Origin: Planctomycetota bacterium
Lineage (GTDB): Bacteria > Planctomycetota > UBA1135
Assembly: GCA_030749235.1 (NCBI GenBank)
Contig: JASMKM010000013.1
Span: 111,470 to 175,469, forward strand
Direction of reading: 5' to 3'
DNA: 64,000 nucleotides
Position numbers and translations under genes: made by a program. Under the pieces are notes generated by a model. It searched no databases and was not told where the DNA came from. It was given only the letters and a program-made list of their open reading frames with translations. Of the stretch, positions 9,954 through 18,784 are shown one piece after another; the first letter of the stretch is position 1; every line of letters starts with the position of its first letter.

Positions 9954-11434
9954 TGAATCTCTTCAACACCGCGCTGCTGGCCTTGGCTGTCCAGCAACCC
10001 AGTGCAGCGGGTTCCACCACGCGACCTGAGCACGCACAACAGAATGCTAGCTTGCAGTTGGAGGTGCGTCGCGTCGCCGACGACCAGCTCCTCAATTCTG
10101 AAAGCACGGTCTATCAAGGTGAGCTACTTCATCTTGACCTGACAATCAGTTTCACGCCGGAGTTCCACGACAAGCAGCTCATCAATCCTTGGCGCATGCC
10201 ATTGGAGCTGCCGGTGGAGTTGCAGTTGCCATGGGGCAATGAGAACGACGCCTGGCAAGTCTCGCAGGTGGTAGACATCGACGTTGCCACTGAGACAAGC
10301 GCTGGCAATGGCAACGAGCGAAGCTTGGTAATCAATCGCGCCAGGAGCACGGCGCGAAGCCTGCAGCCGAGTCGAGACGGGCGGCTTCGCTATCTGGTCC
10401 GACGCGCCATCCACATCACCGATGACCAGGCATTCGAGCTTCCTGCCGCCACGATGAAGGTGGTTTGGGCCACTACGTTTGAAGACGATCTTGCAAGGGG
10501 GAAGGTTCCGTTGGATCGACAGGAGGCCCTGGTCTCGTCACCGGGGACGATTCTGAAAGCAGTACCGCTACCGGAGCACGGGCGGCCGGAGAGTTTTCGC
10601 GGCGCCGTCGGTCAGTTCGAGATGCGCATGGAGTCAGAGTTGCGCGTTGACGAAGAGCTGGAGGCAGCCGGCCAGGCAAGCGAGCAAGAAGCCACGGTGC
10701 CGGCGACCGATTCCGAGTTGATCTGGGACATCAGAATCCACGTTGGCGGGCGCGGCTGGCTGAGTAAGGAGAGCCTTCCGCGTTTGGAGCGCCTGGAATC
10801 ATTCCACCTGCGCGGCCAAAGGAGCGAAATCACTGCCGGGGGCTACACCTTGATCGCCGAACTCAGCACCACCGATCCAAAGTTGTTGCCGACCTTGCCG
10901 ACCTGGAGCTATTTCGATCCATCGTCACCGGCCGCCTATAAAACCCTTGGAGCCGAGACGGCGGTGGGTGGGCAGGCCCATCATGATGCTGGGCAGGATT
11001 CCTCGGCTCAAGACGCAAATGCTGCGGCCGAAACCACCGGCATTAACGAGGCAGACGCCCCCGTTGCGACAGAGAAATTCCATCTCCAGCTCTATTGGCT
11101 TGGCATCGGTGCATTCTTCTTCATCTTTGGCATGTTGCATCTGATGCGTCGCCGTCCACAGGTCAGTGTTGCCAAGTCACAGGTCACCTCACCGCCTGCA
11201 GTGTCACGTCCTTCGGACTTCCTTCAGCAGCTAGCCGACCGCCTGGGTTGCAGGCGCGAGCAGGTCTACACGGCCGATCTGTCGGAAATCCTCAAGCGAT
11301 CCGATCTTCCGGAGGTCACCCGCGAGCGAATTCTGGATGCTGTCTCGCGCATCGTCCATGCCCGATTCGGCGGTCAAGGCAACATGCCACCGGAGCAGGA
11401 AATACGTTCAATTTTAAAAGAAATCCAACGCTAA
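9947..11434 (+). CDS. batD: BatD-like protein (oxygen-tolerance family), with C-terminal TM helix and cytoplasmic tail
   Basis: The 495-aa ORF overlaps the batC stop by 7 nt. It has a signal-like N-terminus, a beta-rich body and a late TM helix (LYWLGIGAFFFIFGMLHL). The call rests mainly on operon position. Confidence 0.65.
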   Translation: MVVNLFNTALLALAVQQPSAAGSTTRPEHAQQNASLQLEVRRVADDQLLNSESTVYQGELLHLDLTISFTPEFHDKQLINPWRMPLELPVELQLPWGNENDAWQVSQVVDIDVATETSAGNGNERSLVINRARSTARSLQPSRDGRLRYLVRRAIHITDDQAFELPAATMKVVWATTFEDDLARGKVPLDRQEALVSSPGTILKAVPLPEHGRPESFRGAVGQFEMRMESELRVDEELEAAGQASEQEATVPATDSELIWDIRIHVGGRGWLSKESLPRLERLESFHLRGQRSEITAGGYTLIAELSTTDPKLLPTLPTWSYFDPSSPAAYKTLGAETAVGGQAHHDAGQDSSAQDANAAAETTGINEADAPVATEKFHLQLYWLGIGAFFFIFGMLHLMRRRPQVSVAKSQVTSPPAVSRPSDFLQQLADRLGCRREQVYTADLSEILKRSDLPEVTRERILDAVSRIVHARFGGQGNMPPEQEIRSILKEIQR

Positions 11435-11573
11435 GCAGGACCTTGGCAGGGCATGAGTTCGTACATATTCCGCATGAAAAAATCACCTGGGATTCATCAA
11501 GCAACCGGAAACGAATGTCATCTTTGCCAGCGGCCGAAACAGCTTCCAGGCAAGAGGTGAAAAGTCGAATCGT

Positions 11574-13286
11574 TCAGCCCTTGACCGGCCGAATGTTCAA
11601 CCTTTGATTGCACACCCGCGCCTGCTGCAGGGAACGGAAGATGTCCTTTGGCATACCCTCGGGCAGATCCACGGTGCTGAAGTCATCGTAGATCTCGATC
11701 CTGCCGATGTAGCGACCTTCCAATCCGGCCTCGTTAGCAATCGCGCCAACAATACTTCCCGGGCGCACGCCATGGTGATGGCCGACCTCAACGCGGAAGC
11801 GCTCCATGCCGGCCTCGGTGGCTTGCTCCACCCGACGATTTTGACCTTTGCGGTCGAACTTGTTGCCACGATCACGCTTGCGGTTTGGACGATCCCGATC
11901 ACGGTTGCGTCCGCGCTCCTGAAACTGCTCGTTAGGGAGCTGGCGGTTGTCCTTTATTAGCAGCGATTGTTCACCCTGGGTCATGCGTGCCAATGCGGCC
12001 ATTGCCGAACGCGGATCCATCTCCGGATTCTCCTCGAGGCATTGCTCGACGATGTCGGCATAGAAATCCAGCTCATCGTTCTGGGCGACGGCGTCGACGA
12101 TGCGCTGCTTGAAGCGAGCAATCCGTTGACGATTCACGTCGTCCGTGGTGGGCAGCGTCATCGGTTCGATGGTGCAACCGATGGCGCGCTCGATGGTGCG
12201 CAACATGCGCTTCTCCCGTGGCGACACGAACAGAATTGCCTCGCCGGTGCGACCAGCACGTCCGGTGCGGCCGATGCGGTGCACGTAGGATTCAGTGTCT
12301 GTGGGAATGTCGAAGTTGACCACGTGCGAAACACGGTCCACGTCCAGACCACGCGCGGCCACGTCCGTCGCGACAATGATGTCGAGCTGGCCTTTCTTTA
12401 GGCGATCGATGGCGCGTTCTCGTTCGACCTGTGAGATGTCGCCACTCAAAGCGCGAGCGGCATAACCGCGTGCCTCGAGCTTTTCGGCAAGGATTGACGT
12501 GGAGTTACGTGTGCGCACGAACACCAACATGGCGTCGAACTCCTCGGCTTCGAGGATTCGCGTGAGAGCATCCAACTTGCGTGGACCACTGACTACCTGG
12601 AAACGTTGATTGATGGTGGTGGCAGTGGAGGTGCGCTGGCGGATCAGAATCTCCTCGGGATCCTTCAGGTGATCCTGAGCGATGCGTCGAATCGGGTCAG
12701 GCATGGTGGCCGAGAACAACGCGATTTGGCGATGCTCCGGAGTGCGCTCGAGCACCCAGGTCACGTCATCGATGAAGCCCATGCGCAACATTTCATCAGC
12801 CTCATCCAACACCAAAGCTCGCAGGTTGTCTAGCTTTAAGGAACCGCGACGCATGTGATCCATAACGCGGCCCGGAGTCCCGACTACCACATGCACGCCG
12901 CGCTTCAAGGGGCGCAACTGCATGGAGTAGGCCTGGCCCCCATAGATTGGAAGCACATGGAAGTTTTTCATAAAACGCGCGTAGCGTTGGAAGGCTTCGG
13001 CGACCTGGATGGCCAATTCGCGGGTCGGGCATAGAACCAGAATCTGCGGGCCGTCGGCGCTGTTCTTTAGCTCGATGCGCGACAAGAGCGGCATGGCGAA
13101 GGCGGCGGTCTTACCGGTTCCGGTCTGCGCCTGGCCGATCACATCCTTGCCCTCAAGCAGGGGCGGAATGGTGCGCGACTGAATTGGCGACGGAGACTCG
13201 TAACCTTCGGCTTCGGCAGCCTTGACAAGAGCGGCACCAAGGCCAAGGTCCGCAAAAAGCGGTAACTTTGTAGTATCTTCGGACAT
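11574..13286 (-). CDS. deaD: DEAD-box ATP-dependent RNA helicase (DeaD/CsdA type) with DbpA-like C-terminal RNA-binding domain
   Basis: Helicase motifs seen are AQTGTGKT, PTRELA, DEAD (VLDEADEML), SAT and HRIGRTGRAG. An Arg/Asp-rich linker (ERGRNRDRDRPNRKRDRGNK) precedes a C-terminal RFRVEVGHHHGV..RIEIYDDFSTVDLP. I preferred ATG at 13286 over the track TTG at 13295. Confidence 0.93.
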   Translation of the reverse strand: MSEDTTKLPLFADLGLGAALVKAAEAEGYESPSPIQSRTIPPLLEGKDVIGQAQTGTGKTAAFAMPLLSRIELKNSADGPQILVLCPTRELAIQVAEAFQRYARFMKNFHVLPIYGGQAYSMQLRPLKRGVHVVVGTPGRVMDHMRRGSLKLDNLRALVLDEADEMLRMGFIDDVTWVLERTPEHRQIALFSATMPDPIRRIAQDHLKDPEEILIRQRTSTATTINQRFQVVSGPRKLDALTRILEAEEFDAMLVFVRTRNSTSILAEKLEARGYAARALSGDISQVERERAIDRLKKGQLDIIVATDVAARGLDVDRVSHVVNFDIPTDTESYVHRIGRTGRAGRTGEAILFVSPREKRMLRTIERAIGCTIEPMTLPTTDDVNRQRIARFKQRIVDAVAQNDELDFYADIVEQCLEENPEMDPRSAMAALARMTQGEQSLLIKDNRQLPNEQFQERGRNRDRDRPNRKRDRGNKFDRKGQNRRVEQATEAGMERFRVEVGHHHGVRPGSIVGAIANEAGLEGRYIGRIEIYDDFSTVDLPEGMPKDIFRSLQQARVCNQRLNIRPVKG

Positions 13287-13474
13287 TTTCCCCAACAGAC
13301 CCTAGAACAGGATGCTCAAACCTCAGAGCAGTCGCCGCGCGTATGCGGTCTCAATGTCCTCGGTCTGTTAAGGACAACCACCCATGATACCCGATTCCGG
13401 ATGATTCGCTTGCCGGGCGGCCGCGATTGCTTTCGAGGGTCGGTTCTCGATTGCTGCGGTGGAAATCAGAGAAC

Positions 13475-14773
13475 CTACTGCAGCGTGGACTGGACGACGC
13501 TAAGGATTGCGGCAGCAATCAGGTCGCACTCCTCATCGGTCACGCAAGACGGCGGCATGGCGTACATGATGTGGCCGAGTGGGCGCAACAACACTTGCGG
13601 ATGTTCTCGGCAAGCCTTGCGCAAGCGTTCGCCGACGGGTGCGAGATAACCGCCCTTGCCGTTGCCATCATCAGAGCCGCCGTCGCAACTTAAATCCAGC
13701 TCCAGCGCGACAATGCCACCACAGCGGCGGACCTCCTTCACGCCATCCCATGCCAAGGCCGTTTGCAGTCCTTGCTCGATGCGCTTGCCAATGTGATCCA
13801 GCTTCGCTGGCGTGTCCTCTTCCTTTAACACCTTCAAAGATGCCAACCCGACAGCACAACCAATCGGGTGGCCGCTGAAGGTATGGCCGTGAAAGAAAGC
13901 CTTGGCCCGTTCGTCGTCGAGGAAGGCTTGGTAGATCTCCTCGCTGACCAGGGTCGCCGACAACGGGAAGATGCCGCCGGTCAATCCTTTCGCCAAGCAC
14001 ATCAAGTCGGGGCTGATGTCGGCGTGATCACAGGCGAAGATCTTGCCGGTGCGACCGAAGCCGGTCATGACCTCGTCGGCAATCAGGAAAATGCCGTAGT
14101 CATCGCAGATGCGTCGAGCGTCTTTCAGGAATTCAATGTCGTGCATGCACATGCCTGCTGCGCCTTGCACCAACGGCTCAAGGATAAAACCAGCGACGCG
14201 TCCATCCAGGTCAGCCAAGGCTTCCTGCAGGGATTCAGCGGTCGGATCCACATGCACCACATGGAACAGAAAGGGCGAGAACTCAGCAAAGAAGGGCTCC
14301 GGTTCGCCGACAGCCATCGCACCAAAGGTGTCGCCGTGATAAGCACCATTCAACGCCAAAAAGATCGTGCGCGACGGTTCGCCGCGCCGCACCCATGTTT
14401 GGTAGGCGGCCTTCAGAGCCACTTCCACGGCAGTGGAGCCGTTGTCGGAATAGAACACCTTGGTCAACGGTTCCGGTGCGATCTCGAGGACCTTCTCCGC
14501 CAACTCCACACCAGCTTCGTGAGTGAATCCGGCAAACATGATGTGGTCCAACTGCTCGGCTTGCCTGCGCATGGCCTCGACAAACTCTGGGCGGCCATGT
14601 CCGTGAAGGTTGGCCCACCACGAAGCAATCGCGTCTAAGCGTTTGCTGCCATCGGCTAGTTCCAACCACGCACCGGAAGCGCCGACCACCGGCAGCGGCT
14701 CAGTATCCAAGGCGTGTTGGGTGTACGGGTGCCAGCAGACCTCGCGGTCACGTTCAGGGAGAGTTGGTTTCAC
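13475..14773 (-). CDS. bioA: Adenosylmethionine-8-amino-7-oxononanoate aminotransferase
   Basis: The 432-aa product is a class-III aminotransferase with FYSDNGSTAVEVALK and LIADEVMTGFGRTG. It sits in the biotin operon. Confidence 0.9.
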   Translation of the reverse strand: MKPTLPERDREVCWHPYTQHALDTEPLPVVGASGAWLELADGSKRLDAIASWWANLHGHGRPEFVEAMRRQAEQLDHIMFAGFTHEAGVELAEKVLEIAPEPLTKVFYSDNGSTAVEVALKAAYQTWVRRGEPSRTIFLALNGAYHGDTFGAMAVGEPEPFFAEFSPFLFHVVHVDPTAESLQEALADLDGRVAGFILEPLVQGAAGMCMHDIEFLKDARRICDDYGIFLIADEVMTGFGRTGKIFACDHADISPDLMCLAKGLTGGIFPLSATLVSEEIYQAFLDDERAKAFFHGHTFSGHPIGCAVGLASLKVLKEEDTPAKLDHIGKRIEQGLQTALAWDGVKEVRRCGGIVALELDLSCDGGSDDGNGKGGYLAPVGERLRKACREHPQVLLRPLGHIMYAMPPSCVTDEECDLIAAAILSVVQSTLQ

Positions 14774-14778
14774 GAGTG

Positions 14779-16593
14779 CTATGACAGGGAGTCAAGAAGT
14801 TGGGCAATACGCGGTTCCGAATCGAGCCAGAAATCGATGGTCTCGGTATTCAGTTCGCGGAACATCGGCACCTCCAGGATTGGCAGGTCACCGAGGCGCG
14901 CCTGCAGGCTGGCGATGTTCTGTGGGTGCGGTTGGCCGACGACGATGATCGCACGCAACGGCACGCGGCGCATGGCCAAGGCCTCGACCGACAACAAGGT
15001 GTGGTTCAAGGTGCCTAAACCGCTGCGCGCGACCAGCACCACCGGCGCCTGCATCTTGCGCAGGAAATCGGCTTGATCCTCTTGGGCGTTGAAGGGCACG
15101 CGAAGGCCGCCGGCGCACTCAAGAATCCACTTGGCCTTCGGATGTTCCAGCAGGACGGCGCGCGTGGCTTCGAGTACCTGCTGCACACTTACGGTCACTC
15201 CTTCTTGCTCGGCTGCCTGATCCACAGATGCCGGTAAGGCCAATTGCACGGCCGGCGGCGGTGCGTGGTCGGGCGCCAGGTCGGTGAGCTTCAATACCGT
15301 TTCGGTATCGGAATCGCGACCGGTCTGCACAGGCTTGAAGTAACGCACCGGTTCCTCCATGTGCAAAGACGCGCGCACCAAGATGGCGGAGATCAAGGTC
15401 TTGCCGATATCGGTATCGGTGCCGCAAACAATCAATGGGCGAGTCGTCAACACAGGTTCGGTGACCTCGATCTCGGCACGTCGATGCTCTTCCTTCAGGG
15501 CCTCGAGCAATGCTTGCGCCAAGGCCTCGACCTGTTCTTCGCTGTGGTTGGCATGCACTACGATGCGTAGGCGCGAGCTTCCAGCAGGAACCGTCGGCGG
15601 ACGTACGCCACGCACGTCGAAGCCAGCATCGCGCATCTTCTCAGCGACCAGCATGGTGCGCTCAGAATCACCGATGATGACCGGCACGATCGGTGATGAA
15701 CCGCGCACCTCCACGCCACCTTTACGCAACAGCCGGCGCAACAGTTCGGCGCGTTGCAGTACCGTGCTCTTGCGTTCCTCTTCACCGACCGCCAGTTGCA
15801 TCGCACGACGCAGGGCGGCCGCCAACATTGGCGGGGTCGCGGTGGTGAACACGAAACTACGCGCGCGGTTGATCAGGGTGTCGATCACTTCCTGACTTCC
15901 GCAGACGAAGGCGCCGGCCAAGCCAAGCGCCTTGCCGCCGGTGAACATGCGCGCCAACAGCCGCGGATGATCCGGCACGCGTTCCTCAAATAAGCCGGCA
16001 GAGTGTGCCATGTCCAACATCAAGTAGGCGTCGAAGCGTTCGCACAGTTCCAGCAATTCTGACAACGGGGCGAGATCACCATCCATTGAGTAGAGGTCCT
16101 CAACCATGATTAACCTGCGGCGCGCACTGCCGGCACCAGCAAGCGCATTGGCGAGGGCCTGCATGTCGTGATGCGGAAAGACCACTACCTTGGCATGACT
16201 CAAGCGCATGCCATCGATAATCGACGCATGATTCAAGCTGTCGCTGAAAAGGACGTCGTCGACGTCGGCGAAGGTGGTGAGCAAGGCTTGGTTGGCCAGG
16301 AAGCCGCTAGCGAACAACAACGCCGCTTCGGTTCCCATCCAATGCGCCGCTTCGCGTTCAGCGGCCTCGTGCAAAGGGGATTGCCCACGCAATAGGCGTG
16401 ACGCCGGCATGCCGATCTGGCCGTTACCCAAGGCTTCGCGCACGGCATCAGCAACGCGATCGTCGCCGGCCAAGGCTAGGTAATCATTGGTGGTGAAATC
16501 CACGCCGGCCGGCGCGTACAACTCCCGACGCAATCCCGCATCGGCCCACTCCTGGGCTTGGGCGCTTAACTGCTCGTTGAGTGGGGAGCTCAA
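14779..16593 (-). CDS. bioF/bioD: Fusion of 8-amino-7-oxononanoate synthase (BioF, N-terminal ~385 aa) and dethiobiotin synthase (BioD, C-terminal ~215 aa)
   Basis: The N-terminal part has NDYLAL, SLNHASIIDG, SMDGD and a PLP-lysine context FTGGKALG. The C-terminal part has the BioD P-loop IVCGTDTDIGKT, then YFKPVQTG and LECAGGLRVP. It is one uninterrupted 604-codon ORF. Confidence 0.88.
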   Translation of the reverse strand: MSSPLNEQLSAQAQEWADAGLRRELYAPAGVDFTTNDYLALAGDDRVADAVREALGNGQIGMPASRLLRGQSPLHEAAEREAAHWMGTEAALLFASGFLANQALLTTFADVDDVLFSDSLNHASIIDGMRLSHAKVVVFPHHDMQALANALAGAGSARRRLIMVEDLYSMDGDLAPLSELLELCERFDAYLMLDMAHSAGLFEERVPDHPRLLARMFTGGKALGLAGAFVCGSQEVIDTLINRARSFVFTTATPPMLAAALRRAMQLAVGEEERKSTVLQRAELLRRLLRKGGVEVRGSSPIVPVIIGDSERTMLVAEKMRDAGFDVRGVRPPTVPAGSSRLRIVVHANHSEEQVEALAQALLEALKEEHRRAEIEVTEPVLTTRPLIVCGTDTDIGKTLISAILVRASLHMEEPVRYFKPVQTGRDSDTETVLKLTDLAPDHAPPPAVQLALPASVDQAAEQEGVTVSVQQVLEATRAVLLEHPKAKWILECAGGLRVPFNAQEDQADFLRKMQAPVVLVARSGLGTLNHTLLSVEALAMRRVPLRAIIVVGQPHPQNIASLQARLGDLPILEVPMFRELNTETIDFWLDSEPRIAQLLDSLS

Positions 16594-16617
16594 TTCAAGT
16601 CCACCGTTCCGGAGAGA

Positions 16618-17601
16618 TTAAACCTCGACCACGCCGGTCGGTTCGCTCTCGTTGATGCCTTCCAGTCCGAGTAGGTCGAACAGCTCCTGGTCGCGATCCT
16701 TGCCACGGTTTGGGGTGGTGAGCAGTTGGTCGCCAAGGAAGATGGAGTTGGCGCCGGCCATGAAGCACATGGCTTGGGCCTCTTCGCTCATGGCATGTCT
16801 GCCTGCTGACAATCGCACCATGGATTGCGGCATCAGGATACGTGCGACGGCGACCGCGCGAACCATCTGATCCCATGCGAGCGGCGGCACGTCTTCCAAT
16901 GGCGTGCCCTCGACCGGCACTAGGGCGTTGATCGGTACCGACTCAGGCGGCGGCGACTGGATGGCCAACTGATGGAGCAGGCCGATGCGATCGTCCTCGC
17001 TTTCGCCCATGCCCAAGATGCCACCGCAACAGACCTTCATGCCGGCTTCGCGCACGGCCGTTAAGGTGGTGAGGCGATCGTCGTAGGTGCGCGTGGTGAT
17101 GACCTCCTCGTAATACTCCGGCGAAGTATCGAGGTTGTGGTTGTAGTAATCCAACCCGGCCGCCTTCAGCTGTTGCGCTTGCGTAGGCGTGAGCATACCG
17201 AAAGTGCCACAGGTCTCGAGGTCCAGCGACTTCACCTCGCGCACCATCTCCAGCACGCGATCGAAATCTTTGTTGTCCTTGACCGAGCGCCAAGCAGCAC
17301 CCATGCAGAACCGATCGGCGCCACCGGCCTTGGCATTCTTTGCGGCCTGAATCACTTGCTCGGTGGCAAGCAACTTTTCGCGTTCCAAGTCGGTCTGGTT
17401 GTGCGCCGACTGCGAGCAGTACTTGCAATCCTCCTGGCATGCACCGGTCTTGATCGACAACAAGGTGCTGCACTGCACAAGGTGCGGATCGTGGTGCGCG
17501 CGGTGGATGCGCGCAGCCTCGAACACCAAGTCGAGCAAGGGGCGACGGTAGAGTTCCGCGACTTCTTCGCGGGCGAGTTGAGCAGGTGCCTCGGCGACCA
17601 T
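16618..17601 (-). CDS. bioB: Biotin synthase (radical SAM)
   Basis: It carries the [11 protein letters not shown] radical-SAM cluster motif plus YNHNLDTS and GMLTPTQA. The ORF is 327 aa. Confidence 0.95.
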   Translation of the reverse strand: MVAEAPAQLAREEVAELYRRPLLDLVFEAARIHRAHHDPHLVQCSTLLSIKTGACQEDCKYCSQSAHNQTDLEREKLLATEQVIQAAKNAKAGGADRFCMGAAWRSVKDNKDFDRVLEMVREVKSLDLETCGTFGMLTPTQAQQLKAAGLDYYNHNLDTSPEYYEEVITTRTYDDRLTTLTAVREAGMKVCCGGILGMGESEDDRIGLLHQLAIQSPPPESVPINALVPVEGTPLEDVPPLAWDQMVRAVAVARILMPQSMVRLSAGRHAMSEEAQAMCFMAGANSIFLGDQLLTTPNRGKDRDQELFDLLGLEGINESEPTGVVEV

Positions 17602-17646
17602 GACGGACTATTCTAGGAAAACGCGGCCAATCGGGCAGCAAGGCAA

Positions 17647-17781
17647 TCAGGAATCGGTGCGCGGCAGCTGGCAGCTCTGGCCTTCGCACAGATAAAAGGT
17701 GGTCTTGCCATCTACGGCGGGACGGTCGCGGAACAAAGCCAGTGGGCTATCCACCACGGCCGCCGGCAGCAGGACCGGCAC
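17647..17781 (-). pseudogene. C-terminal remnant of a DUF255/YyaL-type thioredoxin-domain gene
   Basis: My own minus-strand translation reads PVLLPAAVVDSPLALFRDRPAVDGKTTFYLCEGQSCQLPRTDS*. This matches the family C-terminus (..G.aTaYvC.nf.C..P.td). An in-frame TGA lies immediately upstream at 17782..17784. Confidence 0.6.
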
Positions 17782-18021
17782 TCAGCCCAGCTAGGCAATC
17801 GGCGCTGATTCCAGTTTCCTTGGCGACGTCCTCGTAATAGGGGTCTCCACTTAGTCTCCAGCCCTCCAGGTCAAGCTCGTAAAAAACGGGAGTAGACACA
17901 GAAATTTAATTCCCCGCCTTCTCGCCAAAAATCTCCCAGTCCGGGTACGAGGCGTACTGCCCAAAGACTTCCGTCAGGAGATCAGTAGGCTCGTGAACGG
18001 CCTTGATTTTTGCCTTCTTGC

Positions 18022-18279
18022 CTAGCCTAGCTCGTCGTACATCTGCATCTGTAACTCGAACTCTTCTAAGGTAAGATGTTCCACCTGCTTCAGCCAGTCG
18101 AGAACGGAGACGCCGTATCTTGGCCGCGTCTCGCCAGCTCCTGTAACGGGCCACAAGCCTTGCGCGCTCATCTGGGTCATGGTCTCTAGCAACTCCCTCA
18201 GTTCCGTCTTTTCTGAGGAGCTTTCCTGAGCGGATTGCTGCGAGGATTGGGATTTGTTCGGTGTCGACTTGTCCGTCAT
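18022..18279 (-). CDS. Hypothetical 85-aa protein (Ser/Gln-rich N-terminus, helical C-terminus) in a lower-GC filler segment
   Basis: The ORF runs ATG to TAG. By hand count, third-position GC is about 70% in this frame, against about 40% for the overlapping 218-codon ORF frame over the same bases. No family was recognised. Confidence 0.35.
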   Translation of the reverse strand: MTDKSTPNKSQSSQQSAQESSSEKTELRELLETMTQMSAQGLWPVTGAGETRPRYGVSVLDWLKQVEHLTLEEFELQMQMYDELG

Positions 18280-18387
18280 GGTGCCAGCTATTCTTATCTT
18301 TGGAGCCGTCTACTTTGAAGCCAGTGGGAACGACGCCCTGCGAAGGGTTCGCAATTGCCTTGGCCACATCATTGCACTCTTTGCGCG

Positions 18388-18708
18388 TTAGCGCGACAGC
18401 CTCATTTTCGCGAAACGGGAAAAGCACCCAGGTGTCGCCAGCCCTGGGGCCGTAAGAGAAACCATGCGCAGCCTTGTTCGGGCGAGTTTCCTTGATGGCG
18501 GGAAGTAAGTCCCTCCATAAAAGGGCTTTAGGCCTGGAGTGAGCCATACGGACATGGGCCAACCGCTACTTCCAGCCATGCGCTGTACGGCCGCCATATA
18601 AATGTCGCCCTTGGCGCGTTCCAGGGCCTCGTCACACCAGGGATACCAGTCCACAGGGTTGTTTGCGTGTTAGAGCAGATAGGGAGTGGCCTCGGGATGG
18701 CGAGCGAC
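18388..18708 (-). pseudogene. N-terminal remnant of a DUF255/YyaL-type thioredoxin-domain gene, with an in-frame TAA and an internal deletion
   Basis: The minus strand reads [32 protein letters not shown], then directly YMAAVQRMAGSSGWPMSVWLTPGLKPFYGGTYFPP. The family signature is [16 protein letters not shown] ... GGWP..vfLTPdgkPFfgGTYFP. The TAA at 18670..18672 replaces the Gln codon. The roughly 50-aa segment that normally carries the redox Cys motif is absent. Confidence 0.7.
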
Positions 18709-18784
18709 TCATGTGTCCTCAGGTAGGGCAGAACAAGCATTACTGCTTGCCAATATGTGGTCAAAGAGCCATAATCCCCTCAAC

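Noticed and set aside
17906-18562. The 218-aa ORF taken as a single genuine gene.
   Set aside because: Its start lies inside the DUF255/YyaL remnant. Its middle third has low third-position GC (about 40% by hand count), while a nested ORF in another frame has about 70%. I kept it only as a finding and did not list it as a CDS.
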